A stretch of DNA of 64,000 bases, taken from assembly GCF_006345805.1 (NCBI RefSeq), contig NC_043002.1, forward strand, positions 85,932,001-85,996,000, read 5' to 3'. Position numbers and translations under genes: made by a program. The stretch's first letter is position 1. Each line of letters opens with the position of its first letter. The DNA comes from Octopus sinensis (Eukaryota). The notes beneath the pieces were generated by a model. The model did no database searches. It was given only the letters and a program-made list of their open reading frames with translations, and was not told the origin of the DNA. Positions 39,068 to 51,700 of this stretch are shown here, in pieces.

Positions 39068-39328
39068 AATCATCATCATCATCATCGTTTAACGTCCGTT
39101 CTCCATGCTAGCATGGGTTGGACGGTTCGACCGGGGATCTGGGAAGCCAGAAGGCTGCACCATGCTCCAGTCCTATCTGGCAATGTTTCTACAGCTGGAT
39201 GCCCTTCCTAACGCCAACCACTCTGTGAGTGTAGTGGGTGCTTTTTACGTGCCACCCGCACAGGTGCCAGGCGAGGCTGGCGAGGCTGGCAATGGCCACG
39301 GTCGGATTGGTGCATTTTACGTGCCACA
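39068..39328 (-). mobile_element. (GAT)n-tailed retroposon, family D (RTE-related SINE or LINE 3' end)
   Basis: catcatcatcgtttaacgtccg...ccatgctagcatgggttggacgg...ctacagctggatgcccttcctaacgccaaccac. Many copies, e.g. 27220-27410, 47090-47285, 47401-47560, 48870-49185 and 54605-54810. Confidence 0.75.
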
Positions 39329-39950
39329 GATAAATAAAATCTGTAAGAAATAACTTTTTCCATTCTGTTACTTCATTTGGTGCATATCAAAATGCCCCAC
39401 AAAGTCTTCAGTGATCTGTTATCAAAACCAATCACCACAGCAATCATTGTATCTATCAGTAATGTATATAATGCAGTGTCTCATTTATTTCTATTATTAT
39501 CCGAATGTTTATAATGATATAGAAATTCTGAGTAGCAACAGAGTGAATCCTCTAGACCTTTAGATCATCAATAAAGAAATTAAGGGTTACATTTATATTT
39601 CTTTCAGACTTTTATAAAGCAGAAATGACTGTCAATGTAGTACCAAAATGAAAAAGAGCATAGAAGAATTATGTCAGTGGAATATTCATCTCAAAGCATT
39701 TAAAACAGTTGTATTTTCTGTTTAAAAAAATGAGAAGAGTAACCAAGTCTTCATAAGACTTTCAGTGGCAACACCTATAAACATCAAGTACTTTTATCAA
39801 TGGCAGTGATTCCAGCAACAATGAACAGTTCAACATTGTCGCCTCAGTTTTCTTCTAGGTGAGCATCTATCACTCTTCTGTAGCTGACTACTGATGCTAT
39901 CATGTTGATCAGACCCACACAGGAAGCCCACCCGTTGGACATCAAAAGTG

Positions 39951-40102
39951 GGCGTAACTTCGGTATAGGTACCGGATATATTTCAAGAAAGTGTTTTTTT
40001 TATATATATGGGGGGTTAGGGCTAGGAGTTGGAGAAAAGGGTTTCTGTTATCTTCAGAAATATAAACAAAGCCACTTACGGTACCTATACCGAAGGATCA
40101 CC
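39951..40102. mobile_element. 152-bp GG-terminal MITE with 8-bp TSD, ~390 bp upstream of the MRPS18A ATG
   Basis: TSD caaaagtg at 39943-39950 and 40103-40110; inverted cttcggtataggtaccg / cggtacctataccgaag. Confidence 0.8.
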
Positions 40103-40489
40103 CAAAAGTGTTTTATGAAATTTTGGTATGTCACTGTCGTTACTACCGTATTTTTTTCAATTTTTTGAAGACAATTTACTTTCACTTTTTATGACGATTA
40201 AAGCAAATTAGAAATTTCGAAGTTGTACCGTGAGGTGAAACTGATGCAACTACATGGTAGGAACGTTATTTAAAGCTGTTAAATTTACTGTAAATTTTAA
40301 TGTATTTTATGAAATATATTCAAATTTTAAACGAATTCAACAGTATTGTCTGTTATTAAAAAGCCTTTCCACGAGGTATAGGCAAATAATCAATTTTTAC
40401 GCAGATACAACATAAATGATAGCACCGGTAAATTGAAATAAGGTTCAAGGGAAACAACTCTATATGGCAGTGTGACTACCAAGGTTAAA

Positions 40490-40610
40490 ATGGCTTCCCT
40501 AATAACTTTGCGATTGTTCGGAGCCCCTTTAAGGAAAAATCTTTCGATTTGTCGAACTGTACCTGTGATCGCAAGCTTTTCTTCTTCCAAACAATTGCAG
40601 CTAAAACAAA
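40490..40610 (+). CDS. MRPS18A: Mitochondrial ribosomal protein S18a (mL66) exon 1, presequence-like
   Basis: aaaATGGCT... encodes MASLITLRLFGAPLRKNLSICRTVPVIASFSSSKQLQLKQ, followed by A|gtaagg. The peptide is R/K/S-rich with no acidic residues, and the surroundings are CpG-rich. Confidence 0.8.
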
Positions 40611-40715
40611 GTAAGGTTTCTTTTTATTTTAATCTCTGTATTGATTTATGTGTATAAGTTTAATTAAATCTACACATGTCCCGCGTTTGGTGAGTAATCG
40701 TTCCAAAGGCATTTT

Positions 40716-40783
40716 GGCGATCTTACGGTTCTAGTACCGGCCATCTTACGGTTCTAGTACCGTTTACGAACCGTAAGATCGCC
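40716..40783. mobile_element. 68-bp mini-MITE of the GG-terminal class with an internal 20-bp tandem duplication
   Basis: TIRs ggcgatcttacggttc / gaaccgtaagatcgcc; atcttacggttctagtaccg occurs twice. Confidence 0.65.
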
Positions 40784-41209
40784 GTCACTTTTATTGAATG
40801 AGTTTTAAAAAAAAATAACCCTCCTTCCTCATTCGCAATAGAAAACCAATGATGTTGAATTTTTTGTTAAAGGAATAATAAAATAACAGATGCCTGTATT
40901 TCGTTAGCAGAAAATAAATGCATCGACAAGCGATGTGTTCTTTTCGTCGATACTACTCAGAGTACCGTAAATTAAAGATGATCTCTTTCAGAGCCCGAGA
41001 ACCTGTTTTTATTTACCATGAAAAAGATATGGAACGAACGTAGTATATTCGTAAGTCTGAGCTTTTGAACATTTTTGTAAGAAATCCAGTTGTTTAGCCT
41101 CACGTCAGTCTTAATTAAGCAGTCCTTTGATTCAAAGATATTCTAGAGTTGACTATCGAGTTTATTTTGTAAATCTAGGACTACATTTTCCAGTGTCCCC
41201 CTCATTTTT

Positions 41210-41700
41210 TTTGAAGACGAGCAGGGTCTGGAAGCGTAGAGACATCAGACTCGCTACCAAATGCAGATTGGTGAATGCAATTGTCTTCCCAATAGCAACA
41301 TATGGATGCGAGACCTGGACACTAAAGAAAGCTGACCAGAAGAGAATTAATGCATTCGAGCTTTGGTGTTGGAGAAGACTTTTGCGAATTCCATGGACGG
41401 CGAGGCTCACCAATGGAGAAGTTCTTAAGCAGATAAGGCCGAAAATGTCGCTAGAAGCTGGGATCACCAAGCATAGATTGGCATATTTCGGTCATATTAT
41501 GCGGAGAGAATCCCTGGAGAAGGACATCATGCTTGGAATGGTCAGTGGCAAGAGAGGAAGAGGCCGACCAAGAACCCACTGGCTTGACACCATCAGGAGT
41601 GATACCGGAATGGACATGGCCAGTCCTGCGTTGGCTAGGACACTGATCCAACAAGTGACCGAGAGTTGACTTCGACTGATCGGATAGAGAGAGAGAGTGT
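41210..41700 (+). mobile_element. RTE (BovB-like) LINE 3' fragment
   Basis: TKCRLVNAIVFPIATYGCETWTLKK...FELWCWRRLLRIPW...LAYFGHIMRR...GKRGRGRPRTHWLD, with a (GA)n tail. Confidence 0.92.
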
Positions 41701-42299
41701 TTGCTGTTTCTAGCTGATTGACCGACTACGTAGAAGCTCCTTAAAGAAAAAAAAAAAAAAAAAACAGGTCTAGATCTCCAAGTGGAAAGGCACTAGGATG
41801 AGGTGATGAGCAGAATGGTTGATCTCACCTAGAAATGGGCCAAGAGAAAGCTATTCCTGAGTAGAAGTGGCTTATATGCTTCCATTATATATTATTGTCT
41901 GACCATTGTGTTTTGCTTCCGTTCACATTTGACCTGATTGGAACATCGGCTTGTCTGCTTTCTATGGAGGGGATGTGTTCCATTAGCTGCCAACATCCAC
42001 TGAGTGGAGGACTGAGCATGATGTGATTGGTGAGGTGTAGACATGTGCTGAGACTGACATTGCGAGCAATTCCCTGATGGTGAATAGGTGTGGTTGGTGT
42101 TTATCAGATGAATTTTTCTGCAATTAGTCTCTTTGATAGAGCTGCAGTTTTGGATCATACAAAGACTGAAATAGTACTTAGCATCCTGAATGTCATCAAG
42201 TATTCACAACCCTCTACCAGTTGGTAGATGTTCCAAATTAGCATTGTATAGAGAGTTACTGGCAGGCAAGAGTGATGATGTTCTTGAGGAAACTCTGGG

Positions 42300-42690
42300 T
42301 GTCTTCTTCTTCTTCTTACAGCATTCACCCGGGGTAGGTTGAGCTGGCTTCATTTATCCTCAATGCTGCATCTCTCACAAACGCCGACCAGGCCTGGCGA
42401 TTTGAGGCTAACGAACACATGATCTCCAACCACTCCTTATTCCAGCGACAAATGCCGTAGATATGGGGGCCTAGGTTGGGTTTCAGATCAGCCTTGACTG
42501 TCATCAGCCAGGTTTTTCGTTGTCCACCACGACGCTTTTGCCAACCCTGAAGGGGAGCTGGGGCAATTGCTTCGTAGGTGAATTCTCCTGGTTGACGATG
42601 GAGGGCATGACCCAGCCAACGCAGACGTCTTGTTAGGATGACTTGTCGGAGGGAGGTGATTCTGCACTGGGTGTCGATGAAAATCAACAG
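42300..42690 (-). mobile_element. RTE-type LINE 3' fragment with (GAA)n tail
   Basis: RRLRWLGHALHR...WQKRRGGQRKTW...LASNRQAWSAFV. Confidence 0.85.
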
Positions 42691-44395
42691 TGAAAATCAT
42701 CTGGCTGGTGTGTTCCAGAGATCTTTTGGGCTGAGGCTCATGAATAACTTCCAGAAACAACTAGTGTAGCAATCTATTGGTGAAGCATTGCTGGTTTAAG
42801 ATAAACACTGCAAGCACAGAAATGCTGTTAGCTGGGCCTATCCAAGATGCATGCAGAATGGTGAAACTGTTCTGCACACACACATCTAATTCCTGAACAT
42901 TGCTGGCTAGTGGAAGTATAAGAAATACCTTCTGTCACATGTGTGCAATGGATCTGGTTATCAGCTGTTGATTGGAATAGGACAAATGGGAGAAGGCACT
43001 TGCCTTAGTAAACAAGGTAAATGTGATTTTGTACGGTTTCCACAAGTAACCCTCAGAGGTCTCCTCTTGGTGAATTATACCTTGATTTTTTTGTTCTTCG
43101 TTTTTGTTACTTGCCATTTTACATGCTTTTTTTATGTTAACTTGCACACCTCTATCACCCTGTACCATCCTTGATCTTTTAGTTAACCTTAAGTGATTAA
43201 TAAAGATAACATTAGCTTTAGTCTTTCTTTTCCTGGGTTATTTACATCATATCTCAGCTCCATGCTGTAGTTTAGAGACGCAACTTTCCTCAGCATATGA
43301 GCTGTTCCAAGTAATGCTGCCAACTGTGTACTTCCTATGGAGTTTGGTATTTTCAGCTTTACATGCCAGCATATTGCTCTCTTTGAGAAGGTCCCAATGT
43401 TGTTACTATTTTATTATTATCATTAAGGCAGCAAGCTGGCAAAATCATTAGCAGTATTTTGTCTGTCGCTATGTTCTGGGTTCAAATTCTGCTGAGGTCG
43501 ACTTTGCCTTTCATCCTTTCGGGGTCGATTAAATTAAGTACTGGTTGAGTAACAGGGTCGATGTAATCGACTTCATCCCTTCCCTCAAATTTCATGTCTT
43601 GTGCCTACAGTAGAAAGACTTATCATTACTATTATTATTAAAATCGTTAGCACTCCAGACAAAGTGTTTAGTAGCATTTTGTCCGTCCTTCTGAGTTCAA
43701 GCTGGATCGGCCTTTACCTTCCCCTTGGATAATATTCTTGGCATGGAAAGGGGAGGCTGGTATGCATGGGTGACTGCTGGTCTTTCACAATCAACCTTGC
43801 CCAGACTTGTGCCTGGGAGGGTGACTTTGTAGGTGCAATCCCATGGTCATTCATAACTGATGGGGGTCTCAAATGTAAGTATGTACTCACACTTGTCTAT
43901 GCGCATAGGTATACCGTGATCTATACACCGGCAGATGAGGGTTGATTCATATAAAAAGGAAAGTGAACGAAATGAAATACTTACACAAAATATTGCATAG
44001 AATTTAAGTGCTCTCAATGTCTTTCAATGATGGAAGGTGAATCAAACTTACTGTAGTTTGTTGTAGGATATAAATACTGTGACCACTTGCTTCTCAGGAA
44101 ATATGCAAATCTGATTTAAAAAGAAAATGTTTTTTTTAAGTATTAAGTATTTATACTCAGGTGAAATTAAGCCCTTGAATCTGTCACTGTATGTGCACAT
44201 GCATGCACACATGCACACCTATGCATGTATTTATGTATGTTTGAAAATAATCAAACCAAATTCTCATAATTTTGAGCCACTTACCCTATGAGTATTTCTG
44301 CCAAATTTGCTGAAAATCTGTTTGGATGTTTTCCAGTAATTTTGCAAACACAGACTAAGTGATTACATGCTTTCACTCACATGCACAAGATGATA

Positions 44396-45661
44396 TCAAG
44401 TCATCCCATAAGTCCTGTCCGAATTTTGAATAAAGGAAACAAGTGATCAAATGTTATATTTAATTGAAATTTAATCATCAGTGTACTTTTCCTGATTATC
44501 TATGACTTCCTTCCATCTATTTACAAGCTTTTTAATCCCATCAATGTAAAACTTTTGGTTTCAAAGCGAAGAACTCTGAAATGTCAGTTTCAACCTCCTC
44601 CTGGCTTACGAAAGTTATGCCCCTCCCCCTACCAAATTATTCTGTAAACGACAAAACAAATGGTAGTCTGAAGGAGCAAGGTCGGGAGAATAAGGTGGAT
44701 GAGGAATTTTTTCCCAACCAAGCTCTTTGATCTTCTGTGATGTGATCTTTGCAGTGTGGGGTTGCGCATCATCCTGATGAAACATCACTCCTTTTCGATT
44801 CACTAAAGCAGGTCTTTTTTTCTTCAAAGCTTGGATCAAATGCTCTAATTGCTGACAGTAGACTTGAGCATTAATTGTTGCATTAAGTGGTAACAATTCA
44901 AAGTGAATTACTCCTTTGCAATCCCATCAGATAGAGAGAAGAACCTTTTTCCCATGAAGTTCCCTTCTCGGTTGTGGTTGAGCTTTTTCCCTTTTACCAA
45001 GCCACTGTTTACAACATTTAACATTTCAATAGAAGATCCATTTTTCATCACCAGTAACAAGTCTATCCAAAAAGGGTGAAATGAGTTCACGACAATGGAG
45101 AGAAGAGCAGATGTCAACTCGGGATTTGCAGTTGCTTTGGGACAATTCATGAGGCACCCATTTTCCAAGTTTAGGAACCATTCCAAGTTGTTGAAGATGA
45201 CAATGAACAGTTGTATGGTTTGAACTAAGCTTTATTGCCAATTCTTCAACTGATAATGCAGGATTTTCTTCAAGTAATGCCTCAAGGAGCTTATCATCAA
45301 ACTCAAATGGACGTCCTGTTCGACCTTTATCTTCAAGACTAAAATCTCCACTTCTGAATATTGCAAACCATTTTCTGCAAGTTTTTCCATTCAAGTATTC
45401 TTTCCTATAAACTGAGTGTATGTTTCGAGTTGCTTCGGCTGCAGAGTTATGCCTCAAATGCTCTTTGGATACTTCCATGTTAGAAAGGGTTTTAATCAAA
45501 GGAATTTTATTTCTATTATTCTGTAAAATAATATTTAATTAGTTTCAATGTACACAAATGCATAAAAATAATTTTTAATTCCATTAGACATTCTAAAATA
45601 CTATTAAATTTCATTCAATTTTAAAAAGGTAAAATCGGACAGAACTTATGGGATGACCTGA
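44396..45661 (-). mobile_element. Full-length decayed mariner (DD34D) transposon
   Basis: TA-flanked TIRs tcargtcatcccataagtyctgtccga. Motifs WVPHEL, VTGDEKWIFY, HQDDAQPH and PHPPYSPDLAPSDYHLF, with frameshifts. Confidence 0.95.
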
Positions 45662-45877
45662 TAGCAATAGAAAAAATAATAACATATTTCTTCTTTGGTC
45701 TGCTATTACTGAAGGAAAAAGAAACATAGGCAATTAGTCTACTGGAGTTATGTCAAGAAACTCAAATCTGTGTAAAAGGTTTTTTACTGAAACAGCTTTT
45801 GTGATGGAAAAAGTTTTAATATTTTTTTTTTTGTGTCAAACTTTTGTATTAAACCTTTCTTTTTTCTTCATTTGCAG

Positions 45878-45909
45878 TTTTACATAAAACGGAAGGCAAC
45901 GTGACAACT
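45878..45909 (+). CDS. MRPS18A: MRPS18A exon 2 (32-nt small exon)
   Basis: Long pyrimidine tract, tttgcag|TT...ACT|gtaagt. Encodes ILHKTEGNVTT (compare human VVETQEGKTTI). Confidence 0.82.
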
Positions 45910-46659
45910 GTAAGTTTTGTTTAATTCACATCTTTCATTGATTTCATTTTCTGTTTTTAATCTGTCATAATGTTATGATGGATTATTCTTTTGTTGTTTT
46001 ACTTGTTTCAGTCATTTGACTGCGGACATGCTGGAGCACTGCCTCAAACAGTTTGTAGTCACAAAAAGAGCCCCCAGAACTTACTGTTTGTAAACGTAGT
46101 ACTTATTCTATCAGTTTTTGTTTTGCTGAACTGCTAAGTTATAGAGTATCTTTTTTTCTTCAAAAATGTAAATAAACCCAATCTATTTCTTAAACGAGGG
46201 ACATATTCATATGGCACAGAATGTTTTTACCTCAATAGACATCATTGATTGGTTGAAATTTCAGAAATTGAAGAAAAAAAACAACAAATGTCTTAGAAGC
46301 TATAGAATTTTCTCAATAAAGCCAAGAGAAAAAGATGTTTTATAAACACATTCTATCAGTATACGAAGTTTAAAAGTGTTTAGTTACGTGGAAATTATTT
46401 TAAAAAACTGCCAGTCAAACCGAAAAGATCCAATAATTTTGCCATTATTAAAATGATGTTTGAAGCATAAATTAGCATGAAATCTTAACGAAAAGTTTTG
46501 AGGTCACCTAAAACAAGAAGCTTGATCATTCATTGAACCATAGTGGTTTAAGGAAGATTGAAATCACAAAGGTTAAAACTATACTTCGAATATAGATTGT
46601 TCCAAAGCTTTACAGTTATTATCATCTTTAACATCCACTTTTCCATGCTTTCTTATATA

Positions 46660-46859
46660 GGAGAGTTTAGGAAAAAACAACAAAAGACGAAGACAGGTGG
46701 TGTACAAAGCAAACAGATGTATTAGTATAACGCTCAGGAATAGAAAAAGTCTTTTACATTTTGAGCCTACGTTCTTCTACAGAAAAGGACACAGAAAAAA
46801 CAAGGAGAGAAAAATATGTATGTAGTGGCTAACGATCTATCATGGCGACGATATATATA

Positions 46860-46896
<37 letters not shown>

Positions 46897-47090
46897 ATAG
46901 ATAGATAGATTTATGGAGACTTTACGAAAAAAACAAAAGACTAAGGTAGGTGGTGTACAAAACAAACAGATGTATTAGTATAATGTTCAGGAATAGAAAA
47001 AGTCTTTTATATTTCGAGCCTACGCTCTTCTACAGAAAGGGACACAGAAAAAACAAGGAGAGAAAAAAAATGTCTGTAGTGGCTAACAGT
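46660..47090 (-). mobile_element. Two tandem ~180-bp units separated by (TA)n/(GATA)n, each with a minimal hammerhead-like motif (46751-46786 and 47004-47039)
   Basis: Unit 2, minus strand: CUUU CUGUAGA-A GAGC guag GCUC GAAA UAUA AAAG. Unit 1 is a CpG-decayed version. Confidence 0.6.
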
Positions 47091-47562
47091 GTCGGTGGCA
47101 CATAAAATCACCCACTACACTCTCGGAGTGGTTGGCGTTAGGAAGGGCATCCAGCTGTAGAAACACTGCCAGATCTGACTGGCCTGGTGTAGCCTTCGGG
47201 ATTGCCAGACCCCAGTTGAACCATCCAACCCATGCTAGCATGGAAAGCGGACGTTAAACGATGATGATGATGATGATGATGATGATTGAACAAAGTTTAT
47301 TGCAGCAGATTTTTTACAACTGGGTGCCCTTCCTGTCACCAACTCTCATTTGTTTCCAAGCAAGATATCTTCCCATAGATAAACACATTTTCAAGAAAAA
47401 TTCATCATCATCTTCATTTAACATCTGTTTTCCATGTTGGCATGAGTTGGACGGTTTGACTGAAAACTGGTAAGCTGAGGAGCTGCACTAGCTTCCAGTC
47501 TGATTTGGTACAGTTTCTACAGCTGGATGCCCTTCCTAACGCCAACCACTCCAAGAGTGTAG

Positions 47563-47804
47563 TTATTTCTTTACTACCCACAAGGGGCCAAACACAGAGG
47601 GGACAAACAAGGACAGACAAATGGATTAAATCGATTACATCGACCCCAGTGCGTAACTGGTACTTATTTAATCGACCCCGAAAGGATGAAAGGCAAAGTT
47701 GACCTCGGTGGAATTTGAACTCAGAACGTAACGGCAGACAAAATACGGCTACGCATTTCGCCCGGCGTGCTAACGTTTCTGCCAGCTTGCTGCTATAAAA
47801 TATA
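47563..47804 (-). mobile_element. SINE family A with a 16-bp TSD, nested in a family D element
   Basis: TSD cactccaagagtgtag at 47547-47562 and 47805-47820. Confidence 0.85.
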
Positions 47805-49854
47805 CACTCCAAGAGTGTAGTGGGTGCTTTTTACCTGCCACCAGCACAGGTGTCAGTTGTGAAACACCAGCATCAGCCATAACTACAATCTCACTTAGCT
47901 TGACAGGTCTTCTCAAGCATGGTATATTGCCAAAGGTCACAGTCACGTGTCACTGCCTCTGTGAAGCCCATAGTTTAAAGGGTGCTTTTTACGTGCCACC
48001 GGCATGGGTGCAAGTTAGGCGACATTGACATCGACCAAAAAATATAGAACACTTCACGAACCATATCCAGCTCAAACATTCTACCTGTTTTTTGTTAAAA
48101 CTTGGTGAATTAGACCTCTGACACCTACCCTACATGTCATTTGAAAAATAAACATCATCAAAGTCTTAAAGCTATGAAATAATGCATGATTAATTTCAAA
48201 ATGTTGTGAATAAATAAGTATTACATTTGACAGAAATGTAAATGCTAAAAGGTAAATGCCTTACGTCTTCTTTTTTCATCTTTTACTCAAGTGGAAATAT
48301 CTGTAAAAGGTTGTGGGTATGTGCCTGGACTGAATGCTTTAGTGGGGCTCCACTTAAGGCACTTTGTGTGCCAGGTGGTGATGTTAACCCTTAAGTATTC
48401 AGATTACTGTCAAATGTAATACTTATTCATTCACATTGTTTTCAAATTAGTCAGGCATTATCTTGTAACTTTGAGATGTTGATAATGTGAGTGTATATTT
48501 TTGAATGACATTGTAGGGTAGGTGTGAGAAGTCAGATTTGGCTGGTTTGAGCATAAAACAAAAAAAAAAAATATTTGGGCCAGATTTGGCCAGTTTAAAC
48601 CACCCAAATAGGCCATGGTGAGATTTGAAATGAAAATACAAGTCGCTGGAACAAAAGCAAGACATCTTGCTCAATTTCCTTACACTTCTTCTTTCAGTTA
48701 TTGGATTCTGGCCATGCTGGGGTACTGCCTTGAAAGGTTTAGTCAATCCAATTGACCCCCCCCTCCCAGTACTCCTTTTATGTCCATTCTGTTGGTCTTT
48801 TTTTGCTAAACCACTAAGATATGGAGATAAGCTGACAAAAAAATCAAATGGAAATTGTAGTTAAGATACCCGTGCTGGTGGCACGTAAAAGCACCATCCG
48901 AATCGTGGCTGATGCCAGTGCTGCCTGACTGGCGTCTGTGTCAGTGACACATAAAAAGCACCAACCGAACGTGACCGTTTGCCAGCCTCTTCTGGCCCCT
49001 GTGCTAGTGGCACGTAAAAGCACCCACTACACTCACGGAGTGGTTGGCATTTGGAAGGGCATCCAGCTGTAGAAACACTGCCAAATCAGACTGGAGCCTG
49101 GCGCAGCCTCCTGGCTTCCCAGACCCCGGTCAAACCGTCCAACCCATGCCAGCATGGAAGACGGACGTCAAGCGATGATGATGGTGATGGTGGTTGTCAA
49201 GTGTTGAAAGGTAAACATAAAAATGCACACACACACATCCCATCGTCATCATCGTCATTGTTAAACATCCAGTCTCCATGCTGGCATGGATTGGACAGTT
49301 TGACATGGAGCTGGTTGAACTCCAACTGTCTGCTTTGGCTTGGTTTTTATGGATGGATGCCCTTCTTAACATGAACCACTTAACAGAGTGTGGGTGCTTT
49401 TTACGTGTCACCGTTTATGCAGCTCCAACACAGGTGCTTTTTAAATAGCACCAGCACCTGGAAGGACAATCCTCTATGTGTGGAAGACAGTGATTTTATT
49501 TAGCCTAACATGTCTTATCAAGTACATCAAATGACCACATCTCAACCCACCCTGGGTGAATGCTGTCTCACATCTCAATCCACCCCGGTTGAATGCTGTC
49601 TCAAGACAAGACACATCTCCTGGTCCCTTATTATTTCCTCAATGACATATGTACATATACAACAGTTTCTACACAGTTTCATCTCTACCAAATTCATGTA
49701 CAAGGGATTGGCACTTGTCCCAAGGTGCTGAACAGTGGGACTGAACCTGAAAACGTGTTTTGTTGCTTTTTTTTTTTTACAACTTTTACATATGATATAC
49801 CTAAATATGTTATTACTATGTAAGATAATATTTAAAATTATTTTCTTGCTTCAG

Positions 49855-49968
49855 ATTGAAGGAGTTCATATCCCCTCACCTCGAGAGAATAATGTCATAC
49901 CTGAAAAATACTTCAGCAAGCCAACTGCATGTCCCTTGTGTCGACTAAACCTCAAAGTTAAATATACT
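49855..49968 (+). CDS. MRPS18A: MRPS18A exon 3
   Basis: ttcag|ATT...ACT|gtgagt. Encodes IEGVHIPSPRENNVIPEKYFSKPTACPLCRLNLKVKYT, including the S18 CPxCR zinc motif. Confidence 0.9.
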
Positions 49969-50887
49969 GTGAGTTTTCATCAACTTCTTTGATTCAAGAT
50001 TTCACCGATAACAATTTTTTGCTCCTTCATTTTTATTTATTTTTTAAAAAATATTTTTCTTTCAACACCTCAATATTTTATTGATTCCTTTGGACCCAAC
50101 TTTGCCCATAGTAAAGAAAGGACAATAATATAAGGTACCAGTTTTGTACTAGGAGTTGAATTAATCAACTGTAATCTTCACTCCGAAATGTGTGACCTTG
50201 TGACTGTTACAGACTAATCCTTTAGCATTTAAACTGGCCGTATCCGGCCCAAATATTCTACCTGTTTTATGTTCAAATGGCTAGATTTGACCTCTCATAC
50301 CTTCTCTACAATGTCATTATAAAAATAATCAATCACACCATTGTAAAATGATTAATTCAAAACAACATGGATCAATAAGCATTACATTTGACAGAAGAAT
50401 AAACTGAATTTTAATAGGTTGAATCATATTGGATTTTGGTTAGAATTTCTGACCATGGGATTTCAGTTGTTTGAATAACTGCACAGTACTCTTAATGATG
50501 TAAATCTCAAGTGGGTATCAACTAAATACCATGTTAGTTTCTAATTCATTTATTTTCACCTCCATTTTCCCATGCTTGCATGAGTTAGACAAATATATAT
50601 TACTGAGGCTTCGCTTTACAGCAGGATGCCTTCACTGACACAAACCCTCACCTGTTTTTCAAGTAAGGTATATCTTATTTCACATATTGTTGAAAGTGTA
50701 ATGCCAGTGGATGATTTGTTGACAGGGAAATTACCACAAAGCCCAGCACTTGTAGCTCTGCAGTTTTTCATGTGGTTGAGAATTGAACTTCTTGTCTGAA
50801 AAGATGAAAATAAAGAAATCATACCTGAAACAACTTCATTTTAATTACTAAAATTTTCTCCCTCTTCTCTCTTCTTTTCCTCTCCAG

Positions 50888-51011
50888 GATGTACTAATTG
50901 TTAGTCAGTTCGTTGATGCTAATGGTAAATTGTTACCTCAGCATGTGACCAAGCTATGTAATCGCCAACACAAACACATGAACATGCTTGTCAACTTTGC
51001 AACCAGAGCAG
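50888..51011 (+). CDS. MRPS18A: MRPS18A exon 4
   Basis: ccag|GAT...G|gtaatg. Encodes DVLIVSQFVDANGKLLPQHVTKLCNRQHKHMNMLVNFATRAG, the S18 core. Confidence 0.92.
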
Positions 51012-51369
51012 GTAATGTTGAAATTTGTCTTCTAAATGATACTTTCCACTTCATTGGAAATAACAAAAGTTAATCCATTTAAAATCTTCCATTGGATTGG
51101 TATCTCATGATAGTTTCTTTAGCATTAAGCCAAGGAGGATAATATTTGTTCCTGGACAGGATTCTGTTTTATTACAGTTAATATTCCAGATCTGATGCCT
51201 CCTGTTGACAGATATTTATTCTATATAATTCAGTCCATCTAAGACAATGGTAACTAACATACTTAATGATTTGGTGCCAGTTGCTATCAGCTTTGTAGTA
51301 AGTGAAAAAGCAAAATCCCTAGCTGGTGACTGGAGCAGGAAGCTGTCCTCTCAACCAATACACTGCTGT

Positions 51370-51700
51370 GGGTGCCACTGGATGATGGACTCTGGTGATA
51401 GTCTTATTCCATGCTTCCGGCTTTACCATACTCGAGGTCAAGGCATTGCAACTTCAAGTCCTCCTCAATTTGTTTCACTCCTTGGTGTGCTGTGCTGGAT
51501 TCTCCAGGACGGGGGTCACTGCCATCACGAAAGTTGGTGTGGTAGTCTTCTGGTGCTCATCCTGCAGGCACGGCCGAACCACTGTAGCTGGACTTGGTCT
51601 CCAATGGTCAGCTGCTGCTATTGGCATTGTTCTTGGATGATGTTTGAGATTTGGTCGCCTAGAGAGATACCAGGGTCTGTTTGAGGATGGTCCAGGTCTC
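51370..51700 (-). mobile_element. Old RTE-like LINE remnant
   Basis: The minus frame reads ...QLQWFGRACRMSTRRLPHQ..., an RTE ORF C-terminal pattern, with many stops. Confidence 0.45.
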
